Below, piece by piece: positions 31,319 through 41,900 of a DNA stretch of 64,000 nucleotides. Source of the stretch: Bugula neritina (Eukaryota; Animalia; Bryozoa); contig OZ037765.1 in NCBI GenBank assembly GCA_964035545.1, positions 62,001 through 126,000 of the forward strand, in the 5' to 3' direction. Position numbers and translations under genes: made by a program. Within the stretch, counting starts at the first letter, position 1; every line of letters starts with the position of its first letter. Below the pieces are notes generated by a model. The model was not told the origin of the DNA. It searched no databases and saw nothing but the letters and a program-made list of their open reading frames with translations.

Positions 31319-34300
31319 CTACTGCTTAGAAACACGTCTACTCCTGACTGCATCAGCGTATGAAAAGATCGAGCAACGTGGTTGGGGTGCGTGATTAAGA
31401 CTTTGTGCACCCGGCGGATGAATTTTATTTCTATTTCCGCCGATGTAAAAGTTGATATTTCCGTGGTGTTGACAACTCCCACATTTGCTCGATTCTTTTC
31501 TCGTACGGCTTTCCCCTAGACTTTCATGCGTGCCGCTTTTAACGCAGTCACATACGAAGTCCTTCAAGTATGCGGGGGGTTGCCTCGTACGCTGTCCCCT
31601 TCCTAGGGGGGGTGACACGCTTGCCGGTTCGTTAGTAGGGGCCTCTAATGGCGTCTCTACTTCACCGTCAGCGGTCACCTCTTCTTGTTCTCCGGATGGA
31701 GCCCCTCCCTCCGTGGGGGTTTGCACTTCCGGAACCGGCTCGGTTTCTGGAAGTGATGGAATTAGACTTGGTGGTGGCGGACACGCTTCTGTTGGTAGAA
31801 GCTGCCGCTCCTCTCTCACCAAGTTTTCTTCCCGCGGTATGACCACTTCGTATTCAGGTCCATGCCGCCGTCGCCCGCGCGTTGTTGTCTGCCTCCTGGG
31901 CTCTAACAACGGGGGGGCTTCTCCCACTCCGCCGGGGCTAGCCCAATACGGTTTCAAGCGAGACTCATTCTGGATAGATACCTGTCCTGAGCGCTCGATC
32001 TTGTACGTATGATTGGGCATAGCCTCGACGACCACGTAGGGGCCTACGAACTTAGGCTTCAGCTTATCAGCCTGTCCGCGGCGCCTACGGTAATTGACCA
32101 TCCACACCTTATCTCCCCTTTGATAGAGAGGGGGTTCATCGGAATCTTCGTGCCGCACCTTCCACTGCTGTTGACGCAGTATATCGTGTGCGGCCTTCAT
32201 CCGTTCCACTAGTTCACTGGCATACTCGTGAACCGAGTTATCTTGCTCTGGAACGTGATAGGTGATATGGTCAGGGACACGAGTCTCTCTCCCGAGCATC
32301 AAGAGGTTTGGGGTCTCACCAGTACTGGTGTGTGGGGTGCTACGATATGCACGCATGACTTGCGGCAACACCGTATCCCATTCCTCTTGACCTCGTCCAA
32401 GGAGGAGACTCCGGAGCGCATCACCTAGCATCCGGTTGTTGCGCTCCACCACCCCGTTACCTTGAGGGTGGTAGGGGGTGGTCCTGCTCTGATTTACTCC
32501 CCAGAGGTGGCAAAGGTCGCTCATCAGTTGAGACTGGAATTGAGCGCCTTGATCAGAGTGTATCTGTTCGGGAAGCCCAAAATAACAGAATACATGTTGG
32601 TCTAGTGCCCTGGCCACTGTTGGGGCTGATGCATCTGGGATAGCCAGAGCATCCGCCCACCTAGTAAAGTGGTCGGTTAGTACTAGGATCCAATTATTGC
32701 CTCTGGGGGTCAGGGGCATGGGTCCGACCAGGTCTACAGCGACTACTTGCCAGGGCCTGCCAGCATATAGCCTCCGCCGTCCTGCTTCACCAGGGGGGCG
32801 GCTATGCTTACTGGCCTGGCAGATCTCACACTGTTTGACTCTGAGCCGGACGTCACGCTCCATCTGCGGCCAATACCACCGGAGTCGTAATTTGGACATC
32901 ACTCGCTTGACCCCTGCGTGGGCCTGCTTGTGAGTATCCCAAATCAACTCACGGCGGATGGCTGTGGGGCAGACTACCCTCTTCCTTTCCGGGTGTCTGC
33001 CGCTGGCAGCTAGAGAGATGGTTAGCAACCCATCCTGCCCGATCCGCAGCGAGTCCCAACGCTGACAGTATAGCCGGAACTCGGCGCATCCCTGTCTTAT
33101 GCGTTCCTCGCTGGGTCGTCGCCCTTCCCGTTTGGCCCGGTATATGTCTGCCACGACTCCAGGCAGTTCTTCTTGGAGCTTCTTCAGCTCTCGAACATTA
33201 CCGGCCAGTACAGGGTTGGCGCGGAGGTTTTGCACATCCTCCGGGGACTCATCAACTCTTTGCCTGAGTTGACCTTGATCCCAGTCAAACGGTGCTCCGT
33301 GATGAGCCAGCGTCTCCAACTCGCATCGTGGGGGACCTCCATCCCTCCTCTCGATGTTGAGACACTGTTTGCAACCTCCGTCAGGTCGGCGACTCAACCC
33401 ATCCGCATTGCTGTGTCTCTTGCCCGGCCGGTGTTCGATCCGGTACGAGAATTCAGCTAGGATTTCGAGCCACCGGGCGACCTGACTAGAGGGCTCTGCT
33501 CTCCTGCACAACCAGATCAGCGAGGCATGATCCGTACGCAGCCGGAACTTCCTGCCATATAGGTATGGTCTGAAGTGCTTCACTGACTTGATTACTGCCA
33601 GCAGCTCCTTGCGGGTAGTGCAGTAATTTCGTTCAGCGGGAGAGAGAGACTTGCTGTAGTAGGCTACTACTACTTCTCGGCCTTCCTGCACTTGTGACAG
33701 CACAGCGCCAACATTCTGGTCACTGGCGTCCGTGTCTAGGATGTACTCCAGAGTGGGGTCTGGGTAGGCCAAGATGGGCGCCGTTAGGAGGCAGCCCTTG
33801 AGGCGGTCGAACGCTTCTTGTTCGACTGGAGTCCACTGCCACGTCACTCCCTTTGCGGTAAGCCGGTTTAACGGCTGGGCTATGCCCGCAAAGTCTGGTA
33901 TGTATTGCCTGTAATACCCTACCAGCCCCAAGAAAGCCCGGAGTCCGGTCAAGTCTTGGAGGGTGACCCAGTCTTCTACTGCCCGTACCTTCTCGGGATC
34001 CGTTGCCACGCCGTTTCGACCGACAACGTGCCCCAGGTACTTGACCTCCGGCTGCAACAGAGCGCACTTGGAAGGTTTGAGCTTAAGACCGGCACCTCGG
34101 AGTCTCTCGAAAACCTCCTGCAGACGACTGACATGTGTCTCGAAGTCTGGAGAGATTACGATGACATCATCGAGGTAGACCAGCAGTGTCTTCCAATGGA
34201 GTCCGCTAAGGACTTGTTCCATCAGCCTCTGGAAGGTGGCTGGGGCGGAGGTTAACCCGAAGGGCAGCACCTTCCACTTCCACAAACCGTCCCGTGTGAT

Positions 34301-35887
34301 AAACGCCGCTTTCTCTTGGGCGTCGGGACTCAGAGGAACCTGCCAATAGCCGCTTAGCAAGTCTAACGTACTGAAGTACTTGCTGCCGGCTAGGGCGTCC
34401 AATGACTCGTCAATACGAGGTAGAGGGTAGGCGTCCTGTATGGTTACGCTATTGAGTTTGCGGTAGTCCACACAGAACCGCCAACTGCCGTCTTTCTTCC
34501 GGACCAGTACGACTGGCGAGCTCCACGCACTATGGGCGGGCTCTATCAGTCCCCGGTCCAGAAGATCCCGTACTTGTCGGCTAACCTCCTTCTCTTTCTC
34601 CGGCCCCAGCCTGCGCGTGGGCTGCCGGACAGGGACTGTCCCTGCAGTCAGCGGTATTTCGTGTCTGACAATTCCAGTCAGTCCCACGTCATGCTCTCCG
34701 CTGCTGAACACATCACCGTAGTCGCGTAGTAACTTGGCCATAGCTTGGCGTTCTCTGTTACTCGCGCAGCCGCCACTGGCTGTTTCGTATAACTCCCGGA
34801 GATGTGTTGGGACTGCCCCTCGTCCCTGAATAGGGTGTCGAGGGGGTGCCTCCGTCGCGTCACCCAGCGACGGGCCTACGTCTCCCTCCTGAACAGAGTG
34901 AAAACGGCCCAGCATCGACCCAGCCGGGAGCTTGATAGGCTCGGTAAAGGGGTTGACGCACTGCACTAAGATCTCCCCTTGCTCAGTCAGCTGATTCAGA
35001 CTGCTGGCAAGTTGGATCTTTTCGTGCGCGCCTTCAACCACCCCGAGTCCAGAGATCTGGCTACTATTCACCCTGCAGTGAATGGTAGCCCGGGAGCGGC
35101 CTGGTATGGTACGGTTGCGTACCACTTGCACACCTCCCACTAAAGGGCAGCCGAACTTGTCGACGCAGGCGAGTTCCCGCCCGGACATCATCATTGCAGA
35201 TCTGCTAAAATCTATGTGACATCCGTGCCGTTTAAGGAACGGCATCCCGAGGATAGCATCCTCCTTGAGCTGACTGACGATGAACGTCTCTTGGATCGTT
35301 TGATCGCGGACTCGTCCCGTCAGCTCAATTATACCATAGAAGGGAAGGCACGACCCGTCAGCTAGGGTGCCGTATTCCCCTTCGTATGCTTCCATCTCGC
35401 CCCTGACCCTGGCACTGAGGGTGTCGAAGAGTTGGCGGCTTAAGAGGTTTGTGGTACAGCCCGAATCAATGAGAAAAGTAACAGCTTTGCCTTCCAGTTT
35501 ACCGGGCAAGAAATAGCTGTTCCCATGGGGCTGCACCTGAACTCTCCCTTCAGGCCTTACTCTCGCAGGGAGTACCTCCCTCGCTTTGGGTCGCGAAGGA
35601 GGTCTCTTGGGGCGGTGATAGGTAGGCCTCGGGGGTGCCGAGGTTAGATTCTCAGCTACCTTTGTGTGCTCCCATCCAGATTCTTGGACTTGTAGCCCTG
35701 TGAATCTGTTGTGAAGGGGCATAGAAAAGGCAGCCGCGGGGCGAAGCCCCTTGCTGGTCCGTCGTGGCTGTTGCCACTGTTGGTTGCCAGTACGCGGTAC
35801 CCGTCTGGGTGACCTGCGTTTCTTCTTCCCTAGAGGTTTCGTCGGCCCGCCGAAGGTGGGAACATCTGCGGGCCGCGGTAGTTTAAC
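31319..35887 (-). CDS. pol: Pol polyprotein (protease, RT, RNase H, integrase), reached by -1 frameshift from gag
   Basis: FLIDSGCT protease; WRFCVDYRKLN, LPFGL and YLDD for RT; TDAS and LRTDH for RNase H; HHCC, VDLVG / SDQGAQF / VERNN and KFVGPY for integrase. Uninterrupted ORF. Confidence 0.97.
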   Translation of the reverse strand, partial: VKLPRPADVPTFGGPTKPLGKKKRRSPRRVPRTGNQQWQQPRRTSKGLRPAAAFSMPLHNRFTGLQVQESGWEHTKVAENLTSAPPRPTYHRPKRPPSRPKAREVLPARVRPEGRVQVQPHGNSYFLPGKLEGKAVTFLIDSGCTTNLLSRQLFDTLSARVRGEMEAYEGEYGTLADGSCLPFYGIIELTGRVRDQTIQETFIVSQLKEDAILGMPFLKRHGCHIDFSRSAMMMSGRELACVDKFGCPLVGGVQVVRNRTIPGRSRATIHCRVNSSQISGLGVVEGAHEKIQLASSLNQLTEQGEILVQCVNPFTEPIKLPAGSMLGRFHSVQEGDVGPSLGDATEAPPRHPIQGRGAVPTHLRELYETASGGCASNRERQAMAKLLRDYGDVFSSGEHDVGLTGIVRHEIPLTAGTVPVRQPTRRLGPEKEKEVSRQVRDLLDRGLIEPAHSAWSSPVVLVRKKDGSWRFCVDYRKLNSVTIQDAYPLPRIDESLDALAGSKYFSTLDLLSGYWQVPLSPDAQEKAAFITRDGLWKWKVLPFGLTSAPATFQRLMEQVLSGLHWKTLLVYLDDVIVISPDFETHVSRLQEVFERLRGAGLKLKPSKCALLQPEVKYLGHVVGRNGVATDPEKVRAVEDWVTLQDLTGLRAFLGLVGYYRQYIPDFAGIAQPLNRLTAKGVTWQWTPVEQEAFDRLKGCLLTAPILAYPDPTLEYILDTDASDQNVGAVLSQVQEGREVVVAYYSKSLSPAERNYCTTRKELLAVIKSVKHFRPYLYGRKFRLRTDHASLIWLCRRAEPSSQVARWLEILAEFSYRIEHRPGKRHSNADGLSRRPDGGCKQCLNIERRDGGPPRCELETLAHHGAPFDWDQGQLRQRVDESPEDVQNLRANPVLAGNVRELKKLQEELPGVVADIYRAKREGRRPSEERIRQGCAEFRLYCQRWDSLRIGQDGLLTISLAASGRHPERKRVVCPTAIRRELIWDTHKQAHAGVKRVMSKLRLRWYWPQMERDVRLRVKQCEICQASKHSRPPGEAGRRRLYAGRPWQVVAVDLVGPMPLTPRGNNWILVLTDHFTRWADALAIPDASAPTVARALDQHVFCYFGLPEQIHSDQGAQFQSQLMSDLCHLWGVNQSRTTPYHPQGNGVVERNNRMLGDALRSLLLGRGQEEWDTVLPQVMRAYRSTPHTSTGETPNLLMLGRETRVPDHITYHVPEQDNSVHEYASELVERMKAAHDILRQQQWKVRHEDSDEPPLYQRGDKVWMVNYRRRRGQADKLKPKFVGPYVVVEAMPNHTYKIERSGQVSIQNESRLKPYWASPGGVGEAPPLLEPRRQTTTRGRRRHGPEYEVVIPREENLVREERQLLPTEACPPPPSLIPSLPETEPVPEVQTPTEGGAPSGEQEEVTADGEVETPLEAPTNEPASVSPPLGRGQRTRQPPAYLKDFVCDCVKSGTHESLGESRTRKESSKCGSCQHHGNINFYIGGNRNKIHPPGAQSLNHAPQPRCSIFSYADAVRSRRVSKQ
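35826..35887 (-). promoter_or_regulatory. Predicted -1 ribosomal frameshift signal: G_UUA_AAC + pseudoknot
   Basis: Heptamer at 35887-35881 in the gag frame, 5-nt spacer, 8-bp stem cggcccgc/gcgggccg, and loop ttccc complementary to downstream gggaa. Confidence 0.7.
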
Positions 35888-36789
35888 CCCTGATTTAGGA
35901 AGGGACAATATCGGCGGAAATGTCCTTGATTTCCGCACTCCCAGCAAAAACTGACTGTTTCTCCCTGTGGCGGCGCCGATGGCCGCATGGGCTCAGGGGC
36001 GGTACTCACTGGGTTTTGTGGTGTCAGTGTTGCTATCAGCTTGGCTAGCATGTCCGTCAGTTGAGTGACTTTTGATGCCGTCGCCAACTGGGACACGGCA
36101 GCCGCGGCGGGGGTTTCCTCCCCTTGTCCCGCGGCCGTGTCTGCGCGGTCTATCTCCACTTGGCGGGAGCTTCCGCGACTTTTATGCATTTGGTTAGCTA
36201 GGAGGTAAGCTTCCCCCTCAGTCAGAGCATCTTCAACGGTGGTGACTCCCCTAGCTAGAAACTGGTGGTGGAGACCCAGGTCGTCGACAGATGCTATGAA
36301 AGCGTCGAGGGTGTACCTCTCGCGGTTGACTGGGGGCAAGTCGCTGTACGCGATCTGTGCCAGCTTCATGACCGCGGCGGCATGCTCCCGCAGCGGGGTG
36401 CGGGGATCACGCCGCAACCTCTGTAATCGGGCCCTGGCATCTGTAGCCGAGAGGCCAAAGCGGGCCCGCAGAGAAGCAAAGATATTATCAATGTCTACGC
36501 CCAGCCCATAGGGCTTGGCTTTGTCCATCAATGCCATTCTAAGCTTCAGCAGGGCCACCCTAGGGGGCCACTGAGCGACGTCCATTACGTCGCTAAACTC
36601 TTGGATAAATTGTTCCACCTCCTCTTCACCCGTGAAGGTGGGCGCCTTTAACCTGTAGCGGTCTTCAGCTAGTTCTCGCGGAACCCTTCGCTCTTCTACT
36701 ACATGGTTAACAGGCATTGTCTCTACAGCATTGTCTCTACGCTCACCTTCGATTGCCGGTGGTTGAGTTCCAGCATTTGCAGTCTCCAT
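35830..36789 (-). CDS. gag: Gag protein with CCHC zinc knuckle
   Basis: 319-aa ORF starting just after the PBS; CWECGNQGHFRRYC. Confidence 0.92.
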   Translation of the reverse strand: METANAGTQPPAIEGERRDNAVETMPVNHVVEERRVPRELAEDRYRLKAPTFTGEEEVEQFIQEFSDVMDVAQWPPRVALLKLRMALMDKAKPYGLGVDIDNIFASLRARFGLSATDARARLQRLRRDPRTPLREHAAAVMKLAQIAYSDLPPVNRERYTLDAFIASVDDLGLHHQFLARGVTTVEDALTEGEAYLLANQMHKSRGSSRQVEIDRADTAAGQGEETPAAAAVSQLATASKVTQLTDMLAKLIATLTPQNPVSTAPEPMRPSAPPQGETVSFCWECGNQGHFRRYCPFLNQGLNYRGPQMFPPSAGRRNL

Positions 36790-36801
36790 CTTGGATGCAC
36801 T

Positions 36802-36819
36802 ATCCCACTGCTGCCACCA
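36802..36819 (-). other. Primer-binding site, tRNA-Leu-like
   Basis: TGGTGGCAGCAGTGGGAT 1 nt inside the 5' LTR; the complement atcccactgctgccacca resembles the 3' end of eukaryotic tRNA-Leu(AAG/TAG)+CCA. Confidence 0.8.
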
Positions 36820-36820
36820 C

Positions 36821-37126
36821 TGTTATAGTTTTCAGATTTAGGGTTGATGTGCTATCCAGAGAGTCTATTTATCTATTATAGAACTGCACCAGGCTAAGTC
36901 GAGTGAACGAGTATATTTTATACACAACTATACATTATAAAAACACGATACATTATTTCAAACAAGTTACACATCTAATCTATTTCACACTCTAGCTTCG
37001 ACTGAGTTAGCAGCGGGAAACTACAATTGCTGCTAACTATCAACTACGCTAATTGGCTATCCATTGTTCCGGGTCAATTACGCGACCCTACATGTCGTGC
37101 TGCTGGTAGTTCCACGAACCACCACA
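36821..37126 (-). repeat. 5' LTR (306 bp)
   Basis: No differences from the 3' LTR found by eye. Confidence 0.95.
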
Positions 37127-38199
37127 ATATTCAATAGTGTTGGTATTACTATCATTAGAGCAAAATACTTGGGTTTAAAACAAGATTGAGATAAAGATAG
37201 GTGCATGCCCGTTAAGGTAATAGTGTGTATTGCTATAACTGTATTATTTTTAGCTTTAGACATTCATATTGATTTTGATATTCCGTTTCATATTCATATT
37301 GATATTTATATTACTACTGAGATCAGATGTTACTGTTAGGCCTACTCCCACTCTCGTTTTTAGCATTAGCCAATAATTTGTAAAAATAATACTTTACTCA
37401 AAATTAAAAGTGCACCAATAGTTATACTTATAATTATACTTATAGTTATTGTAAATGAAATACTCAAAGTCAAATACTCATACTGAAATAGTAAAACTTA
37501 AACATAAAGTTAATGTAAATCGAATTTTAATCATGAGTGTTATTATAAATTATAACATCAATATAATAATTCATATGTATGATATTTTTATTTCATCTAA
37601 ATTAATCATTATTAAAACTAAATGATGGAGTAAGATTTTTGTTCACTACTTCATTCATTGAAATTTAAATTTAGCCGTCAATATGTCCAGTAAAAACTTA
37701 CGCGGTAAGGTCCGGTCGCCTGGAGATATAAAGCCAAGCGTCAGATTCTAGTCAGTTTTAAAACAGCTGGTCTCAAACGTCGGACGCTTCGCAATAACGC
37801 CCGAATAATGTAACACTGAATTCAAACGATTTGAATTTCATCGCACTCCTAATGTACAGAGCGCGATCTATTTGAACTTTAACCCTTTGCGATAACGCCA
37901 CCTAAACAAACACGCGCGCGCGCACAAACACGCATGCATAAACAATCTATCTCGGCGGCGTCCTAACTTTATATAATTATATTATATAATATCGACCTTT
38001 CATTCTTAGTTTTGTGACATTTCATATTGAGTATTTACATACGAAGCTATTTGCAATACAATACGTCTTAAATTTTAACCATTGCATTTTGTCTATATCT
38101 TATCTAATATTATCATTGAAACATAATGAAATGATAAATTTTATATAAGTTACAGGTCTTCATAAAATATGTTTGCATGAAACAAATATATACATGTTT

Positions 38200-38524
38200 A
38201 CTACACTACAGTATACTACAGTACACTGCAGTATACTACAGTATACTACAGTACACCACAGTATACTACAGTATACTACAGTACACTACAGTATACTACA
38301 GTATACTACAGTACACTGCACTATACTACAGTATACTACAGTACACTACACTGCACTATACTACACTACACAACAGTATACTGTAGTATATACTACAGTA
38401 CACTGTTGTGTAGTGTAGTACAGTGCAGTGTAGTATAGTGTAGTGTACTGTAGTGTAGTGTAGTATACTACAGTACACTACACTACAGTATACTACAGTA
38501 CAGTATACTACAGTACACTACAGC
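38200..38524. repeat. 10-bp repeat (actacagtat/c) with an internal inverted block
   Basis: Forward units to ~38400, reverse-complement units ~38405-38465, then forward again. Confidence 0.8.
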
Positions 38525-38929
38525 ACATTTGTCACTTTATGTTATGTAACAATGCAAGTATTTTTAGTGCCTTGTGTATCATGTGAAAGATATTCCAGTG
38601 AATGTGTGTACTTTTTAAGTTTCACTGAATGACTGTAACTGCAGCATGAAATAACTTCAGCATGAAATAACTTCAGCATGAACTAACTTCAGCATGAAAT
38701 AATTTCAGCATGAACTAACTTCAACATGAAATAACTGCCTTGTATTTATTTGATAAAGCTTACAAAGGTAGAGAATAGATTGCTTTGTTTACACAAGTAG
38801 GTGAGGTTAATAAACTTAGAGACAGCCTTTGACTACTAAGTCTATAGCAACAAGCTGCTTTACTCACTAAACACTGCTAGTCATTCTAACTAGCAGTGTT
38901 AACTAGTTAACTCAGTATATACTCTCAAT

Positions 38930-41900
38930 ATGGCCATGTCAAGTCTCTCTCCTGGTATTCTCTTCAGAAACAGTGGCTTCAATCAGAAACACACGCCTAC
39001 AGATGTGGCTGTCACCTCTGTAGAGGTGAAGGACAAATATCGCAGGTACTCACTGCATAAACATTGTACTCTGTGTACTCACTGTATACTATATACTCAC
39101 TATATACTCACTATATACTATATACTCACTATATACTCACTATATACTATATACTCACTATATTATACTTACTATATACTCATTATATACTATATTATAT
39201 ATTATATTATATTACATTATATTATATGTACTGTATACTAACATTTATTCACTTATCAGATCAAGTATCCCGGACAGGAAATGGCCCCCAGAAAGTCCCG
39301 TAGCCAAGGTCTATGACATCAGAAACACTTCCTCTCGACTTATTATTCTAAACAATAAGATGGAGAAGGTATGTTTATCACTCTTATGTAACATTGAACA
39401 AATATTATATAATTACATAATATAATATATAATGTAATATTACATACAATAATATATGGTATAATATTATACAATATAGGATGCAGCATATTATATTATA
39501 TAATATATCATGTAATATATGTTCAATATTATACAATATAATATAATAAATATAATATAATGTAATATTACATAGTATATATATATAATATAATATTGTA
39601 GAGTATATTATATTACACTTGTTCAGTAGTATATATACATCATATACGAGTATGTTTATGTTTTAGAGAAGTCATCTTAGAGTTCAATCTGGTAGATATA
39701 AACCAGCTGCAGATGGGTGAGTGTCCTATCCCACCCACAGTCCACATCTATGAAGTTTTGTAGCACCTAGAACAGTGGTTCCCAACCTTTTTCGTACTAT
39801 TCCCCCCCTTTCATAAATGTTGACTAATAATTTCTCCCCTTTCGAAGAGCAAAGAGATTTTATGACTTACTGAATGAGAATATATATGATCCAATGCAAT
39901 ATAATTTTTTTGTTTTATTATATTTGCATATAATGTAATTATCATAATAGTAATATTATCGTTATTTTTATGTTATAAAACACAGAGTAGTCTAATTATT
40001 AATGCTATGGCTTCATTTAATGCTTTTGTGCCAGCTTGCTTAAGTCTGGCCCATGTTAAGTCACTCTGCAGGTTAAGGCAGTTTTTCTTCTCTTTGAATT
40101 GATGAGAATCCTACCTCACACAGATAGGTGGTGCTAGATAGCACCAAAACTCTGCTTCGTCAGCTATGTTTGGGAAGAGTTTGCTTGTTGAAACCCACAA
40201 TTATTTTAGGTAAAACTGGTACATGTAAAAGTGGCACAGGTAATAATGGCACAAATGGAAAAGTAGGTAAAATGGCACACCGATGTTAAATTTTTCTAAA
40301 CTCAAACCCCAAACCCTCCACCCCAAACCCCCAACCTTTGAACCCCAAACCTCCACCCCCTAACTCAAACCCCCACCCCCAAACTCCAGAACCCCAAATA
40401 CAAACCCAAAATCCTCACCTCAAACCCCTCTTTCAAACTCCAAACCCCCACCCTTCATTGCTGAATTGTGAACCAACTCAACAAAATCCTCCTGTAACTT
40501 CTCTAAAAATGTTTCAACAAAGCATTGCAATGGGTCACATGTCAAGTTAGGGAGGTTGTTCAGAGAAATACAGTTAAAACTTCATTAAAAGTTCAGAGAA
40601 ATGCCTAGAAGTTTTTTTGAAAAATGATCTGGAACAGGAGGTGTCCAGTAAAAATGGTCCAGGTAAAAATAGTCCAGGTAAAAAAGGCACAAATGGAAAA
40701 TTAAGTAAAAATGGCACATTTTCTAAATTAGCATTGTAGATTTGAGTTGGGGGTTTGGCGTTCAGAATGGGGGGTTTGGAGGTTTGGGAAAAATTAAAAC
40801 CAGTGTGCAATTTTTACCTGTGCCATCTTTACCTAAAATCGGAACAGGTTCTTCTCCAATAAAAGTTCATCGAGTGTGGGGAAAAGCACCATATTTTCGA
40901 TAGAAGCCACCACTATAATTGTGTAACTTTAAAAACATTGCTGCTGCTATGACAAGCAATGACATGATGATTGCACTTCTGCATTTTTAGGTTCAGATTA
41001 TTTAGTGTAGCAAATAAATTCACTAGGTATGTAGTATACAGTTCATAGAGATTGACTTGCATGGCTGCTAAAAGTTTGGCTTGTTGGTTTTTGCATATTT
41101 TTGACCTTCATTTGAAATAGAACAGAGAACAGTTAGGGTAGAGTAATTAATAAACACATCCATGTAAAAGTAAACTGAGATTGCAGAATATGGCTTGGTT
41201 AAATAGATGAACTAAAAAGAAGATTTATAGATATGCATATACATGTAACTTGCAAAAGTTCAAAAATAAATTGCGTCAATTTTTCAAAATCCAACTCCCA
41301 CCCCCCCTCTAAAATGTCTAAATTCCTCCCGAGGGGTAATTCCCCCCAGGTTGGGAACCGCTGACCTAGAGCTATGTTGTGGGACAGAGATTTACTCATT
41401 GAACTGGAAAAGAGTTCATTAGATATACTACTTTGTGTGTTTGCAAGTTACAATATATATTATTGAGTTGTCTTTGTTTAACTGCAGCGGGTCTGAGAAG
41501 GTCACCAGAGGTCAAGAATCAGCTCACGATAGGCACTTTAGAGGTGAGCAGAGATAATAGCGTATAGTATATAGTGTATAGCATATAGTGTAGCATATAT
41601 ATAATATGCTACATACTATACACTACATGATACATGCTAGTCACTACATGCTATACACTATGCACTATATGCTACACACTATATGCTATACACTATATAC
41701 TATACGCTATGCACCATATGCTATACAGTATACACTATACACTGCATGCTATACACTATATGCTATACACTATACACTGCATGCTATACACTATACACTG
41801 CATGCTATACACTATACACTGCATGCTATACACTATACACTGCATGCTATACACTATACACTGCATGCTATACACTATATGCTATACATTCTTCTAGTCA

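Larger units (their letters stand above)
29625..37126 (-). mobile_element. Full-length Ty3/gypsy LTR retrotransposon, 7.5 kb, 4-bp TSD ATAT
   Basis: Two 306-bp TG...CA LTRs, atat on both flanks (29621-29624, 37127-37130), PBS, PPT-like tract, gag, and pol in PR-RT-RH-IN order. Confidence 0.97.

Noticed and set aside
31485-36511. Plus-strand ORFs within the retrotransposon
   Set aside because: Antisense shadows of GC-rich gag/pol with no recognisable motifs.
40300-40460. Telomere-like aaacccc tracts
   Set aside because: Irregular and internal to a foldback element.
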